64,000 nt of DNA, taken from assembly GCA_049903315.1 (NCBI GenBank), contig JBNGBT010000002.1, positions 192,001 through 256,000 of the forward strand, written 5' to 3'. This document shows, piece after piece, positions 49,554-59,560 of the stretch (position 1 is the first letter of the stretch; each line of letters opens with the position of its first letter). Both the position numbers and the translations under genes were made by a program. The notes beneath the pieces are model-generated. The model searched no databases, had not been told where the DNA came from, and saw only the letters and a program-made list of their open reading frames with translations. The stretch is from Candidatus Cloacimonadota bacterium (GTDB taxonomy: Bacteria; Cloacimonadota; Cloacimonadia; JGIOTU-2).

Positions 49554-50784
49554 TGCCTATATCATAATGAAAAAAGAGTTAAAACGGCTTTTCACAGATA
49601 AACGAACTGTCTTCTTCATGGTCGTGCTTCCGCTTGTTATGCTCCCGCTCATGTACACGGTGATGGGGAAGATAAGTCAATCCAGATCAGCTGATATACG
49701 GTCCTATCACGGAACTGTTTTTATTGCCCCTGAAATGCAGAAAGAATCCCCGATCTATAAAGAGTTCATCTCAATTATTAATAGCCAAATGAATGTCACG
49801 CTTAATGAAATACCTGAAGCATACATTCCAACTGCGAAGGAACTGATTACTGATAAGGAAGCTCAGTTATTGATAACTTTCCCCGAAAATATTGATCTTG
49901 CATTTGATGCGATACAGCCATTTGATATACATGTCTTTTATAATGGGGCATCAGATTATTCAACCTATTTTTACAGGATGACTCATAATGCGGTCAATTC
50001 ATTGGCTGACACATTGATAGTTTTTAGATTGGAATCTCTTGATATACCAACTGACATTCTTACACCTGTTACTGCAAACGAAACGATCAGTTATGATGAA
50101 ATCAATCTCGCAAAAAAGGGGAGTGAGGTTGGCAAGGCATTTGGCGTGCTTCTTCCATTTATTATCATTCTGTATCTGTTTGTGAGTTCCATGCAGGTGG
50201 GTATTGATACAGTATCCGGTGAGAAAGAACGCGGAACATTGGCTATCCTGCTTGTTAATCAAGTGGACAGGGCTTCAATAATACTCGGAAAACTCCTGGC
50301 TGTCGTGTGTGCATCTTTTGCAAGTGCGATAAGTTCTGTGGTCGGTCTGATGATCGCAGGAAGATTCTTTCTTAAAGACCTGTTCCGTTCCTCTGCAAGT
50401 ATGTCTGATTTTATTTTAGGAGCGAATCAAATTCTTCAGCTTGCAATTTTGCTTATTCCAGTTGCAATACTGCTCGTCTCATTAGTGTTAATTTGCGCAA
50501 CATATGCTCGAAATTCAAAAGAAGCAGCCGGTTTGGTCATGCCTCTTTACATGGTCGTTTTGATCTTGAGTATCGGCACAAGCTCGATGGGAGAAACAGT
50601 TCCCACATGGATGAATTATGCTCCTATCATTAATACAGTTGTTGCTCTAAAATCCATATTTATTAAGGCATCGACTTGGGGAAGTGTTATTATAGCAGCT
50701 GCATCAAGTCTTATTTTTGCTGGAATACTCATCTATTTCATGCTCAAGATGTTCAAAAGCGAAAAGATATTATTTAGAATTTAA
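49543..50784 (+). CDS. ABC-2 type permease (NatB-like)
   Basis: KKEL, SGEKERGTL..LL, multiple TM helices. Confidence 0.87.
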   Translation: MLSDAYIIMKKELKRLFTDKRTVFFMVVLPLVMLPLMYTVMGKISQSRSADIRSYHGTVFIAPEMQKESPIYKEFISIINSQMNVTLNEIPEAYIPTAKELITDKEAQLLITFPENIDLAFDAIQPFDIHVFYNGASDYSTYFYRMTHNAVNSLADTLIVFRLESLDIPTDILTPVTANETISYDEINLAKKGSEVGKAFGVLLPFIIILYLFVSSMQVGIDTVSGEKERGTLAILLVNQVDRASIILGKLLAVVCASFASAISSVVGLMIAGRFFLKDLFRSSASMSDFILGANQILQLAILLIPVAILLVSLVLICATYARNSKEAAGLVMPLYMVVLILSIGTSSMGETVPTWMNYAPIINTVVALKSIFIKASTWGSVIIAAASSLIFAGILIYFMLKMFKSEKILFRI

Positions 50785-50793
50785 GGAGTTTTC

Positions 50794-52173
50794 ATGATTG
50801 AAAAAGATATATCAAAATATAAAAAAATGTTTTCAGAATATACTGAACTGCGTATTCAGGAAAATCGAAACTGCGCCATTTCAGTAGTGAACGGCGATAT
50901 AATGGGGAATAACAGAAGTTCGGAAAGTGGAGTATCCGCACGTGTGTATAAAAAAGGCGTATGGGGTTTTTCGTCCAATCCGACTATTTCTGATGAAACA
51001 GTCCAAACTGTCATTAAAGCAGCCACAGAAAATGCCCTTTATCTAAATGACAGGGAACGCAGAAACAAGCTCCCCCTTCCTGTCTCAATAGGTACTGCAG
51101 AAAAAGATTTTATGACTGAGAAGAAGAGGAAAACGCAGAAAGAAATGATTGATTTTCTCAAAGAAATTGATTCCTACATCGGAAAAACATACACAGATCT
51201 CACTGCAAGGACAACTGTGTATCGCTGCCTGGAGATGGAAAAAGCTCTCCTTACTTCAGAAGGTTCCCAGGCATATTCTATGATCCCGAGATCTATAATC
51301 TATACTTCTTTAAGTTTAACCAAGGACGGTCAGCCTTTTGAGCTTTATGAAGTTTTTGGTGGATTTGGACAATTTGAAGACCTCTTCATCAAACCGGAAA
51401 ACCTTTATGAGAAAATCGACACACAGTATGAACATCTAAAGAAAAAATCCGAAGGCGTGTATGCAAAAGCAGGTATGGCAGACTGTATTTTCGGACCTGA
51501 TCTCGCAGGTATTCTATCCCATGAAGCAATTGGTCATACAGTAGAAGCGGATATTGTGCTTGGCGGTTCGATCGCAGCTAATTATCTCAACAAAGTAGTT
51601 GCAAATCCGAACATGACTATGATTGATTATGCTCATACTGCGATGGGTAAACTATGCCCGATACCTGTATTTGTCGATGATGAAGGCACGAAAGCAGAAG
51701 ATGCAGTTCTTATTGAGAATGGCGTCCTGAAAACCTTCATGCATAATAAAGAGAGTGCACAACATTTCGGAGTCAAACCCACAGGCAATGCCCGTGCTTA
51801 TACCTATTCTGATGAACCGATAATTCGTATGAGAAATACTGCAATAGTGCCGGGAAATGACAAACTCGAAGATATGATCGCTTCTATAGATGACGGATAC
51901 TATCTCATGCAGGCATCAAACGGACAGGCAGATTCCACAAGTGAATTCATGTTCGGTATAGTCAAAGGGTATGAGATCAAAAACGGAAAACTTGGAAAAG
52001 GGATCAAAGATACGACTATTTCCGGCGTTGCATTCGAGATGTTGAAGACAATAGATATGATCTCCGATGATATGTCGTGGTCATGCGGTGGGATGTGCGG
52101 AAAAAAACAACTTATTCCTGTTGGCATGGGCGGACCTGCCGTGAAATGCAAAGTCAATATTGGAGGTAAATAA
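50794..52173 (+). CDS. tldD: TldD metalloprotease
   Basis: HEAIGH..EAD, DDEG, TGNAR, RMRNT, CGK.Q..PV..GGP. Confidence 0.92.
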   Translation: MIEKDISKYKKMFSEYTELRIQENRNCAISVVNGDIMGNNRSSESGVSARVYKKGVWGFSSNPTISDETVQTVIKAATENALYLNDRERRNKLPLPVSIGTAEKDFMTEKKRKTQKEMIDFLKEIDSYIGKTYTDLTARTTVYRCLEMEKALLTSEGSQAYSMIPRSIIYTSLSLTKDGQPFELYEVFGGFGQFEDLFIKPENLYEKIDTQYEHLKKKSEGVYAKAGMADCIFGPDLAGILSHEAIGHTVEADIVLGGSIAANYLNKVVANPNMTMIDYAHTAMGKLCPIPVFVDDEGTKAEDAVLIENGVLKTFMHNKESAQHFGVKPTGNARAYTYSDEPIIRMRNTAIVPGNDKLEDMIASIDDGYYLMQASNGQADSTSEFMFGIVKGYEIKNGKLGKGIKDTTISGVAFEMLKTIDMISDDMSWSCGGMCGKKQLIPVGMGGPAVKCKVNIGGK

Positions 52174-53468
52174 TGAAAACTGATAGAGAACTTGTAAAAT
52201 ACTGCATAGACAGAATGCTCCAAAAAGGCGCTGATAAAGCACAATGTTATCTCAAATTCAATAAGAAGCATGAGCTTAATGTTGATGCAGGCGAGATGAC
52301 ACTCCTGAGAACAACCTTTGATACCAGCATCCTGTTCAAGGCAATTATCAATGACCAGAAAGGCGATTTGAAGATCAATAAAATGGACGAAGATTCTCTT
52401 GATAAAGCTGTAGACCAAGTGATCGAACTTGCCCAGTCATCTTTACCGGATAAAGCGAATGATATTGCAGAAAAACAACCTCCCAAAGAATTTACTGCGG
52501 GTCGGGAAGAAGCTGATCTCGATGTAATGTATGATCGGCTCCATGATTTTGTACTTTATGAGAAGGAACATTATCCACAAACAATGATAGAACAATCAAT
52601 TATAGATTTTACACAGTCAAACATACTCATTCAGAATTCAAATGGTGTAGATTTTCAAGGCAATCGCGGTTTGTATTCCTTTTCTGTGATGTTTACTTCT
52701 AAGGAAGGAGAAAAGGCATCATCCTTCAATTATTCAGGATGTTCAATGAAAGAGCTCGATAAACCTCTGCATGAATACGCTTCTGTTGATATGCTTCTGG
52801 GGCAATCTAGCCAGCAGATACACACCTCGGCTTTTACGGGAAAGATGGTCGGTGATGTGATCATCACACCGGACTGTCTCTCATCATTTATATACTACAT
52901 TACAGCTTATCTTTCGGATTATTCTCTCATCTCTGGAAGTTCGATCTACAAGGATAAGCTGAATGAAAAGATCGCAAATGATTCCTTGACATTAAATTCA
53001 TATCCACGCTCTCCTCAGATAGCAAAAAATTACTTCTTCACGCGAGATGGGTTTGAAGCTCAAAATATGACCATTATTGAAAAAGGTGTGCTCAAATCCT
53101 TCCTGCTTTCGCAATATGGAGCGAATAAAACTGGCAAACCAAAAGCAGTGAACAGTGGTGGATGCTACATTGTTGAACCGGGTACTTCCTCATTTGAAGA
53201 CATGGTTTCGTCAATTGGTAAAGGATTACTGCTTTGCAGATTTTCCGGTGGAAATCCAAGTGATAACGGAGATTTTTCCGGTGTTGCAAAAAACAGTTAT
53301 CTTATAGAAAATGGAAAAATTTCCAAACCTGTTAATGAGACAATGATCGCTGGTAATCTTGCAGAAATGATAAGCAATATTGCAAATATTTCCCAAGAAA
53401 GAATTGATTATGGTAGTGCAATTTATCCCTGGATTCAGGTGAAAGGAATAACTATTTCAGGAAAATAA
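52173..53468 (+). CDS. pmbA: PmbA/TldE protein
   Basis: Coupled to tldD; GDFSG, IENG.I..PV.E.MIAGN; no HExxxH. Confidence 0.85.
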   Translation: MKTDRELVKYCIDRMLQKGADKAQCYLKFNKKHELNVDAGEMTLLRTTFDTSILFKAIINDQKGDLKINKMDEDSLDKAVDQVIELAQSSLPDKANDIAEKQPPKEFTAGREEADLDVMYDRLHDFVLYEKEHYPQTMIEQSIIDFTQSNILIQNSNGVDFQGNRGLYSFSVMFTSKEGEKASSFNYSGCSMKELDKPLHEYASVDMLLGQSSQQIHTSAFTGKMVGDVIITPDCLSSFIYYITAYLSDYSLISGSSIYKDKLNEKIANDSLTLNSYPRSPQIAKNYFFTRDGFEAQNMTIIEKGVLKSFLLSQYGANKTGKPKAVNSGGCYIVEPGTSSFEDMVSSIGKGLLLCRFSGGNPSDNGDFSGVAKNSYLIENGKISKPVNETMIAGNLAEMISNIANISQERIDYGSAIYPWIQVKGITISGK

Positions 53469-53483
53469 ACGCGGAGAACAATT

Positions 53484-53921
53484 ATGGAAGTATATCAACA
53501 CACACAGAGAAGCAAGATAATGCTTTTTATCATCATCTTTGTGCTGTTATTCATGCTTTTTCTCATGTATAAAATCGGATTCAATTGGATTGGTGCTATT
53601 GTTTTTATTTTAATGGTCGTTGCATTATATCTATTTAATTCCTTGATAGTAAGAGTGAACTCCGAAAAAATATATGTTGCTTTTGGTCCGGGTTTGATCA
53701 AAAGAATAATTCCAGTCAGCAAGATCATTTCAGCAGAAAAGGTCTGGAATAAATGGTATTATGGTTTCGGGATACGCCTTGTACCAGGGGGAACTATGTT
53801 CAATGTCGCTGGATATGATGCGGTAGAATTAAAATTATCAGACGGAAAAGTCTTCCGAATTGGTACTGATGAACCTGATGCACTATTAAACGCCATACAA
53901 TCTCAAATGGGAATAAAATAA
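53484..53921 (+). CDS. Membrane protein with two TM helices and a PH-like domain
   Basis: GFGIR, AVEL, FRIGTDEP. Confidence 0.75.
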   Translation: MEVYQHTQRSKIMLFIIIFVLLFMLFLMYKIGFNWIGAIVFILMVVALYLFNSLIVRVNSEKIYVAFGPGLIKRIIPVSKIISAEKVWNKWYYGFGIRLVPGGTMFNVAGYDAVELKLSDGKVFRIGTDEPDALLNAIQSQMGIK

Positions 53922-53950
53922 TCTGAATCAATAAAAAATATGGAGCAACG

Positions 53951-54529
53951 ATGAAAGTTCTCATTATATATGCTCATCCATATGAAGGAAGTTTCAATAA
54001 AGCTATTTTGGATAATACTATTGATGGCTTGAAACATGCAGGTCATGAGTATGAACTTATTGATCTCAATGCAGAGGGATTCAACCCGGTTCTCACTTGC
54101 GAAGAGCTAGCGAAGTATCCAGAGGGTGAGTATTTTGATCCGAAGGTAGGGGAATATCTCGCAAAAATTAAAAATGCTGAACACCTTGTTTTGATCTTTC
54201 CCATTTGGTGGGGTGATGCACCTGCTATCCTTAAGGGATTCTTTGATAAAGTATTATTAAAAAAACATACCTATGATTTTAAAGGTAACTGGCCGCAGGG
54301 TAAACTAAAAGGAAGATCCGCAACAGTTATCTCAACAATGAACAGTCCTAAAATATTCTATAATTTCATAGGCAAAGCACCAATAAAACACACTGTGATA
54401 AGCGGCACACTAAAATTATGCGGTATAAAACCGGTGAAGTGGATAGAGTTCTCGCAAGTTGTTTCTGCTTCAAATGAGAAACGAGAAAGGATGCTCGATA
54501 GGGTATTGGATTATTTTACGAATTTGTAA
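53951..54529 (+). CDS. NAD(P)H:quinone oxidoreductase (flavodoxin-2 family)
   Basis: AHP...SFN, FPIWW..APA.LKGFFD. Confidence 0.92.
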   Translation: MKVLIIYAHPYEGSFNKAILDNTIDGLKHAGHEYELIDLNAEGFNPVLTCEELAKYPEGEYFDPKVGEYLAKIKNAEHLVLIFPIWWGDAPAILKGFFDKVLLKKHTYDFKGNWPQGKLKGRSATVISTMNSPKIFYNFIGKAPIKHTVISGTLKLCGIKPVKWIEFSQVVSASNEKRERMLDRVLDYFTNL

Positions 54530-54576
54530 ATATTAAAATACTATTAAATAAATTAAGAAAGGAGAGGTGATATATT

Positions 54577-54692
54577 ATGGAGTAAATCGACTTTGTCGAT
54601 TTAACATTGACGCAGTCAATGTAGTCCACGAATAAAAATATGGAGTGAATCAACTATGTCGATTTTTGCATTGACACAGTCAATGCACTCCA
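54577..54692 (+). repeat. Two Y-shaped REP-like repeats upstream of the RAYT gene
   Basis: 54577-54628 and 54640-54692: atggagt-aaatcgacNNNgtcgattt-cattgacNNNgtcaatg-a(g/c)tcca. Confidence 0.92.
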
Positions 54693-54706
54693 AAAAGAGT
54701 ATTAAA

Positions 54707-55252
54707 ATGGAAGAAACCTACAAAAAGTATCAACATAATCCACCGCATGTGTATGTCCCGAACGTAAAGTATTTTGTTACATCCTCTACGTTAGGAAAAT
54801 ATCATTATTTGCAATCTGAAGAAGCTAAATGGGCTGCACTTCATTATCTTACAAAATCATTGGATCTTTTTAATTGGGAATTAGAAGATTGGGTGATCTT
54901 AGATAATCATATTCATATAATGATAAATGCACCAGAAGATTCTACTACATTATCTCAATTGTTCAATAATTTTCATCGATTTACTGCAAACTGGTTATCA
55001 AAACACAATATAAAAAAAGTGCAAGAGAAATATTTTCATAATTATTGGGATACGTGCATAACGTATGAGAAGTCATATTTTTGTAGACTTCATTATATTT
55101 GGTATAATCCTGTTAAGCATGGCTACGTAGAAAGTCCTGAGAAATGGAAGTTTGGTAGTTATTATTTCCGATATAAAGAAGATATGAGGGAGATGGAACA
55201 AATAATTAAAACATATCCAATTGATAGAATGAAAATAGATGATGAATTTTAA
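54707..55252 (+). CDS. REP-associated tyrosine transposase (RAYT; IS200/Y1 HUH family)
   Basis: PPH, YFVT, HUH motif NHIH, YIWYNPVKHG, W..GSY; start set at MEETY. Confidence 0.9.
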   Translation: MEETYKKYQHNPPHVYVPNVKYFVTSSTLGKYHYLQSEEAKWAALHYLTKSLDLFNWELEDWVILDNHIHIMINAPEDSTTLSQLFNNFHRFTANWLSKHNIKKVQEKYFHNYWDTCITYEKSYFCRLHYIWYNPVKHGYVESPEKWKFGSYYFRYKEDMREMEQIIKTYPIDRMKIDDEF

Positions 55253-55263
55253 ATATGGAAATT

Positions 55264-55379
55264 ATGGAGTAAATCGACTGGATTGATTTAACATTGACTC
55301 AGTCAATGCAGTCCAAAGAAGACGTATATGGAGTAAATCGACTGTGTCGATTTAGCATTGACATAGTCAATGCAGTCCA
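55264..55379 (+). repeat. Two Y-shaped REP-like repeats downstream of the RAYT gene
   Basis: 55264-55315 and 55328-55379, same orientation and consensus as the upstream pair. Confidence 0.92.
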
Positions 55380-55430
55380 AAACGGGAAAGGATGCTCGAT
55401 AGAATTTTGATTATTTTACGAACTTGTAAA
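55380..55430 (+). repeat. Diverged orphan copy of the 3' end of the oxidoreductase gene (54479-54530)
   Basis: 46/52 identity (5 substitutions, 1 gap). Confidence 0.92.
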
Positions 55431-55601
55431 ATAGGAGAATTGGTAAAAGTAGATGAACAGGAGTTGGGAAAGTATGCAAAGTGCAGGAATTACTAGACTA
55501 TGAGTATAATGTAACACAATATACGTCTTCACTGCACTAAGCCGAGATAGGTCGGACTGTTAAGTTACCAATTCAAAGCATTCAAAAGATTCAAAAAAAA
55601 T

Positions 55602-55647
55602 TTGACAAATAATTTTCTTTTCCTAAAAAATAGACCGACGGTCGGTC
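55602..55647 (+). promoter_or_regulatory. Promoter -35 (TTGACA) and palindromic TetR-type operator
   Basis: gaccgac-g-gtcggtc at 55633-55647, just upstream of the TetR gene. Confidence 0.75.
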
Positions 55648-55670
55648 AATAAGAATTGAAAGGAAATAAT

Positions 55671-56360
55671 ATGACTCGTATCGTGAAGAAGCATGACGTC
55701 AGGAAAAATGAAATTCTTGATGCCGCCCAAACATTGTTCTACTCGAAGGGCTTTGATCAAACATCGATCAACCAGATCATCGATCAGATTGGTATTGCCA
55801 AAGGTACAATTTACCATTATTTCAAATCCAAATATGAATTACTGGATGCAGTTGTTGAACGGTTGATCATGCAGATGAAAGATGCTGTCCAACCAATACT
55901 CACAAATGAGGAACTCAGTGCAATTGATAAATTCAATATGACCTTCAAGATAATCGGGCAGATGAAATTCGAAAGAAAAGAGTTCATGCTCGAACTTTTA
56001 CGAGTGATGAATAGAGATGAAAATGTCATATTACATCAGAAGATGGTCTCGCGATCTATTGATTATATTGCTCCCATACTATCTCAAATAATCAAAGAAG
56101 GAATACAGGAGCACTCTTTAGACTGTGAGTATCCTGATGAGGTTGCAGCATATATACTTGGTCTTTCCGGATATATGAATAGATATTTTACAAAGATAAT
56201 TATTGAAATCCAAGAGGGAAGAGCGGAAATAGAGGTTTATATGATTCATCTCAAAGGACTTGAAAGGGTGATCGAAAGGATGATCGGCGCTGAAAAAGAA
56301 ACACTCTCGCTGGCGGATGAAACATTAGTCAGAAAATTTTTTACTGATCAGGAGGATTAA
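55671..56360 (+). CDS. TetR/AcrR family transcriptional regulator
   Basis: EILDAA..LF..KGF..TSI..I....GIAKGTIYHYFKSK. Confidence 0.95.
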   Translation: MTRIVKKHDVRKNEILDAAQTLFYSKGFDQTSINQIIDQIGIAKGTIYHYFKSKYELLDAVVERLIMQMKDAVQPILTNEELSAIDKFNMTFKIIGQMKFERKEFMLELLRVMNRDENVILHQKMVSRSIDYIAPILSQIIKEGIQEHSLDCEYPDEVAAYILGLSGYMNRYFTKIIIEIQEGRAEIEVYMIHLKGLERVIERMIGAEKETLSLADETLVRKFFTDQED

Positions 56361-57065
56361 ATGCCATTACTCGAATTACAGGGCGTTATCAAAAACTACA
56401 TGAAAGGTGAGCAGATCATACCTGCACTCCGGGGTGTGGATCTCATTATTGAAAAGGGAGATTTTTTATCAATTGTTGGTCCGTCAGGAAGCGGAAAATC
56501 GACATTGCTGAATATTATAGGATGCATCGATACTCCCACGGAAGGCAAGGTGCTGTATAACGGAGATGATCTTACAATTTTATCAGATAAAGAGAAAACC
56601 TATTACCGTAAAGAGAATATCTCATTCATATTTCAATCCTTCAATCTCATTCCTGTACTCACTGTTCGTGAGAACGTTGAGCTTCCTCTAATCATAGAAA
56701 AAAAATTCAACAAAACTGAAATTTATGAAAAGGTCACGAAGATCATCGAGATTGTAGGTCTGGAAGACATGGCTGATCGTTTTCCACGAGAACTTTCAGG
56801 TGGGCAGGAGCAGCGTGTAGCGATTGCCAGGGCATTGGTAAAAAATCCTCTGGTTGTGCTGGCTGACGAACCCACTGCAAACCTTGATTCAGAAATGTCT
56901 GAAGATATTATTTCGGTCATGCAGAAAATGAATGAGGAAATTCATACCACATTTATTTTCTCAACCCATGATCCTCTGGTTGAGAAGCATGCAAAGCGCG
57001 TCATCATATTACGTGACGGCATGATCGCATCGGACGAAAGGAAGAACCATGGGAACACTCAGTAA
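56361..57065 (+). CDS. ABC ATP-binding protein (LolD/MacB-like)
   Basis: GPSGSGKST, LSGGQEQRVAIARAL, ADEPTANLD. Confidence 0.93.
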   Translation: MPLLELQGVIKNYMKGEQIIPALRGVDLIIEKGDFLSIVGPSGSGKSTLLNIIGCIDTPTEGKVLYNGDDLTILSDKEKTYYRKENISFIFQSFNLIPVLTVRENVELPLIIEKKFNKTEIYEKVTKIIEIVGLEDMADRFPRELSGGQEQRVAIARALVKNPLVVLADEPTANLDSEMSEDIISVMQKMNEEIHTTFIFSTHDPLVEKHAKRVIILRDGMIASDERKNHGNTQ

Positions 57066-58299
57066 AATCGCATGGCGCAATGTGCGCAGGAACAAACGCC
57101 GCACCTTTCTTTCTGCACTCGTGATCGCTGTTGGACTGAGCATCTATATCATGATGAATTCTGTGATGACAGGTATGGATCGCGCGAATATCGATAACCT
57201 CATTGAATTGAGTACCTCTTCGATTAAAATCACAACTGAGAAGTATGGTGAAGAGAAAGAATCGCTTCCCCTCAAATACGGCATTTCCATACCAGATGAA
57301 GTAATTGCTTATATACAAGATCAGAAACATGTGATAGGAGCAACACCAAGAACACAATTCCTCGGGCAACTTTCCAACTGGGAAGATACAATGCCGATAA
57401 TAGGGCAGGTTATTGATATAGAAACTGATCGTTCTGTTTTTAATCTTGATAACTACATTATCGGTGAGTATTTCACAGGTACAGAAGAAAATGAGATAAT
57501 GCTCGGAAAAGATCTGGCGGAAGAAATGGCAGTGGGGGTAGGTGAATATATTACACTCTATGCACTCACCAAATTTGATAGCAGAAATGCCGACGAATTT
57601 TATATTGTCGGACTCCTTAACACGACTGATCCAAATATCAATTTGAACACTGCTTTGATCAGCTATCAGACTGCGGATGAATTTCTCGACCTCGAAAATC
57701 TGGTTACAGAGATCAATGTCGCAGTTGAAAGAAGAGTTAACTACAATCAATTTACTAAAGATGTGAACGAAATTGCAAAACAAATAGAACAAAATTTTCC
57801 TGATCTGCAAATCGATACTTTCGAGGAAATGGCAAGTGCATTCCTGGGTATTACAGAACAAAAAAAGGCATTCGGTTCAATCATCATGTTGATCATACTT
57901 GCCATCGCTGCTGTAGGGATTTTTAACTCTGTGCTGATGAGTGTATATGAACGAATAAGAGAAATCGGTGTGCTCCGTGCCCAGGGATTCAAAAGAAAGG
58001 AAATTGTGACTCTTTTCATTTGGGAAGGTTTTTTTATCGGCTTTTTAGGAAGTGTCATGGGAGTTGTCCTCGGCTGCGGTATTAATCTCTATTTGGTCAT
58101 GAAGGGCTTTCCTCTGGATAAATTCGTCGGTTTTCAGAATAGTGGAATTCCATACTGGGGTACTTTGTATGGAGAATGGAATATTGGCACAATAATCTTC
58201 GCATTTTGTTTCGGGCTGCTCGTTGCACTCGCTGCAAGTTATCTTCCTTCGAGAATGGCTTCAAAGTTGGAAGTAACCAAAGCATTGCGTTTCGTATAA
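57049..58299 (+). CDS. FtsX-like (LolC/E/MacB-type) ABC permease
   Basis: AWRN..RNKRRT, SV.ER.REIG.LRA.G. Confidence 0.9.
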   Translation: MGTLSKIAWRNVRRNKRRTFLSALVIAVGLSIYIMMNSVMTGMDRANIDNLIELSTSSIKITTEKYGEEKESLPLKYGISIPDEVIAYIQDQKHVIGATPRTQFLGQLSNWEDTMPIIGQVIDIETDRSVFNLDNYIIGEYFTGTEENEIMLGKDLAEEMAVGVGEYITLYALTKFDSRNADEFYIVGLLNTTDPNINLNTALISYQTADEFLDLENLVTEINVAVERRVNYNQFTKDVNEIAKQIEQNFPDLQIDTFEEMASAFLGITEQKKAFGSIIMLIILAIAAVGIFNSVLMSVYERIREIGVLRAQGFKRKEIVTLFIWEGFFIGFLGSVMGVVLGCGINLYLVMKGFPLDKFVGFQNSGIPYWGTLYGEWNIGTIIFAFCFGLLVALAASYLPSRMASKLEVTKALRFV

Positions 58300-58306
58300 G
58301 GAGTAT

Positions 58307-59548
58307 ATGATGTCATTTATCCAAAAATTTGCAATGAGAAATGTCGGGAGAAATAAGCGCCGCTCATTGCTTGCAGTGATATCGGTTACGCTTTCAATTC
58401 TCTTGATCGTGTTTCTCCAAGGTTTGATCGGGGGCTTTCTCGACAACCTCGTACACAACTATACAAAAAATGAAACAGGTCATATCAGAATTGCTACAGA
58501 GAAATTTGAAGAGAAAGCAAAGTTCTTTCCTGTAACCGAAAATATAAAAAATCCCCAGCAGATCATAGCTGAGATTACAAATGATGAATCAATTAACAGG
58601 AAAATTAAGTCAATAAGTCAGCGCATCACCTTTGGGGTTCTACTCACGAATAAGGGAAACAATAGGCAGGCACTTGCATTTGCGGGTGATCCCGAGATAG
58701 AAAAGAGCTTGTTAATGCTCAATCGATCAATAATTCCCGGAGGAAGATATCTCGAAGCTGGAAACGAAGCAATCGTAGGAAAGATTCTTGCAGACGATCT
58801 TGGTTACAAGCTTGGCGATGAGATAAGTGTCATGACACAGGGAAGTGATTATGCACTTCACCTTAAGAAATTCAGAATCGTGGGTATGTTTGATACAGGA
58901 TTAAGAATGTATGATGAGAGAATATTCCAGATACCTCTTTCCAGTGCGCAGGAATTACTTCGGATGCCGGGTCAGGTACAGCAGATTGTGATCATGCTTG
59001 ATAACTATTATGATTCTGAAAAAGTAGCCCGTGAATTAGCGCCGAAGTTAGCAAAATATGATGTGGTTGTGTCATCCTGGAAAGAAATCGGCGGATATGC
59101 AGTGTGGGTGGATATGGCAAACCAGATCTACAACTGGATCTATATTGTGATTGCATTCCTTGGTGCTTTTATTATTGCAAATATCATGATGATGGTCGTG
59201 CTGGAACGCAGAAGGGAGATCGGCATCATTAAATCAATGGGTTTCACGAATGGTCAGGTACTCTCAATGTTCGTAAGCGAAGGCATGCTGCTTGGCTTTA
59301 TAGGAAGTGTTGTCGGTGCGCTTATTGGACTCGGTATTGTGACATTTCTTCATTTTCACGGTATTGATTTCTCTAAAATGATGGGGGGCATAGAATTCCC
59401 CATGAGTAATATTATATATCTCAGACTGAATGTTCTCAGTTTGTTAATTGCGATCCTCCTGGGAACTCTGGTCTCAACAATAGTTTCGTTCTTCCCATCC
59501 CGAAGAGCAGAAAAAATGAAGATCGTAGATTCTCTGAAAAGTGTATAA
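58307..59548 (+). CDS. FtsX-like (LolC/E/MacB-type) ABC permease
   Basis: RNVGRNKRRS, ERRREIG..KSMG. Confidence 0.9.
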   Translation: MMSFIQKFAMRNVGRNKRRSLLAVISVTLSILLIVFLQGLIGGFLDNLVHNYTKNETGHIRIATEKFEEKAKFFPVTENIKNPQQIIAEITNDESINRKIKSISQRITFGVLLTNKGNNRQALAFAGDPEIEKSLLMLNRSIIPGGRYLEAGNEAIVGKILADDLGYKLGDEISVMTQGSDYALHLKKFRIVGMFDTGLRMYDERIFQIPLSSAQELLRMPGQVQQIVIMLDNYYDSEKVARELAPKLAKYDVVVSSWKEIGGYAVWVDMANQIYNWIYIVIAFLGAFIIANIMMMVVLERRREIGIIKSMGFTNGQVLSMFVSEGMLLGFIGSVVGALIGLGIVTFLHFHGIDFSKMMGGIEFPMSNIIYLRLNVLSLLIAILLGTLVSTIVSFFPSRRAEKMKIVDSLKSV

Positions 59549-59560
59549 ATAGGAGTAATC

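Noticed and set aside
54577..55379. CRISPR array
   Set aside because: Only 2+2 repeats of about 52 nt with 11-12 nt gaps, split by a RAYT gene; no cas genes.
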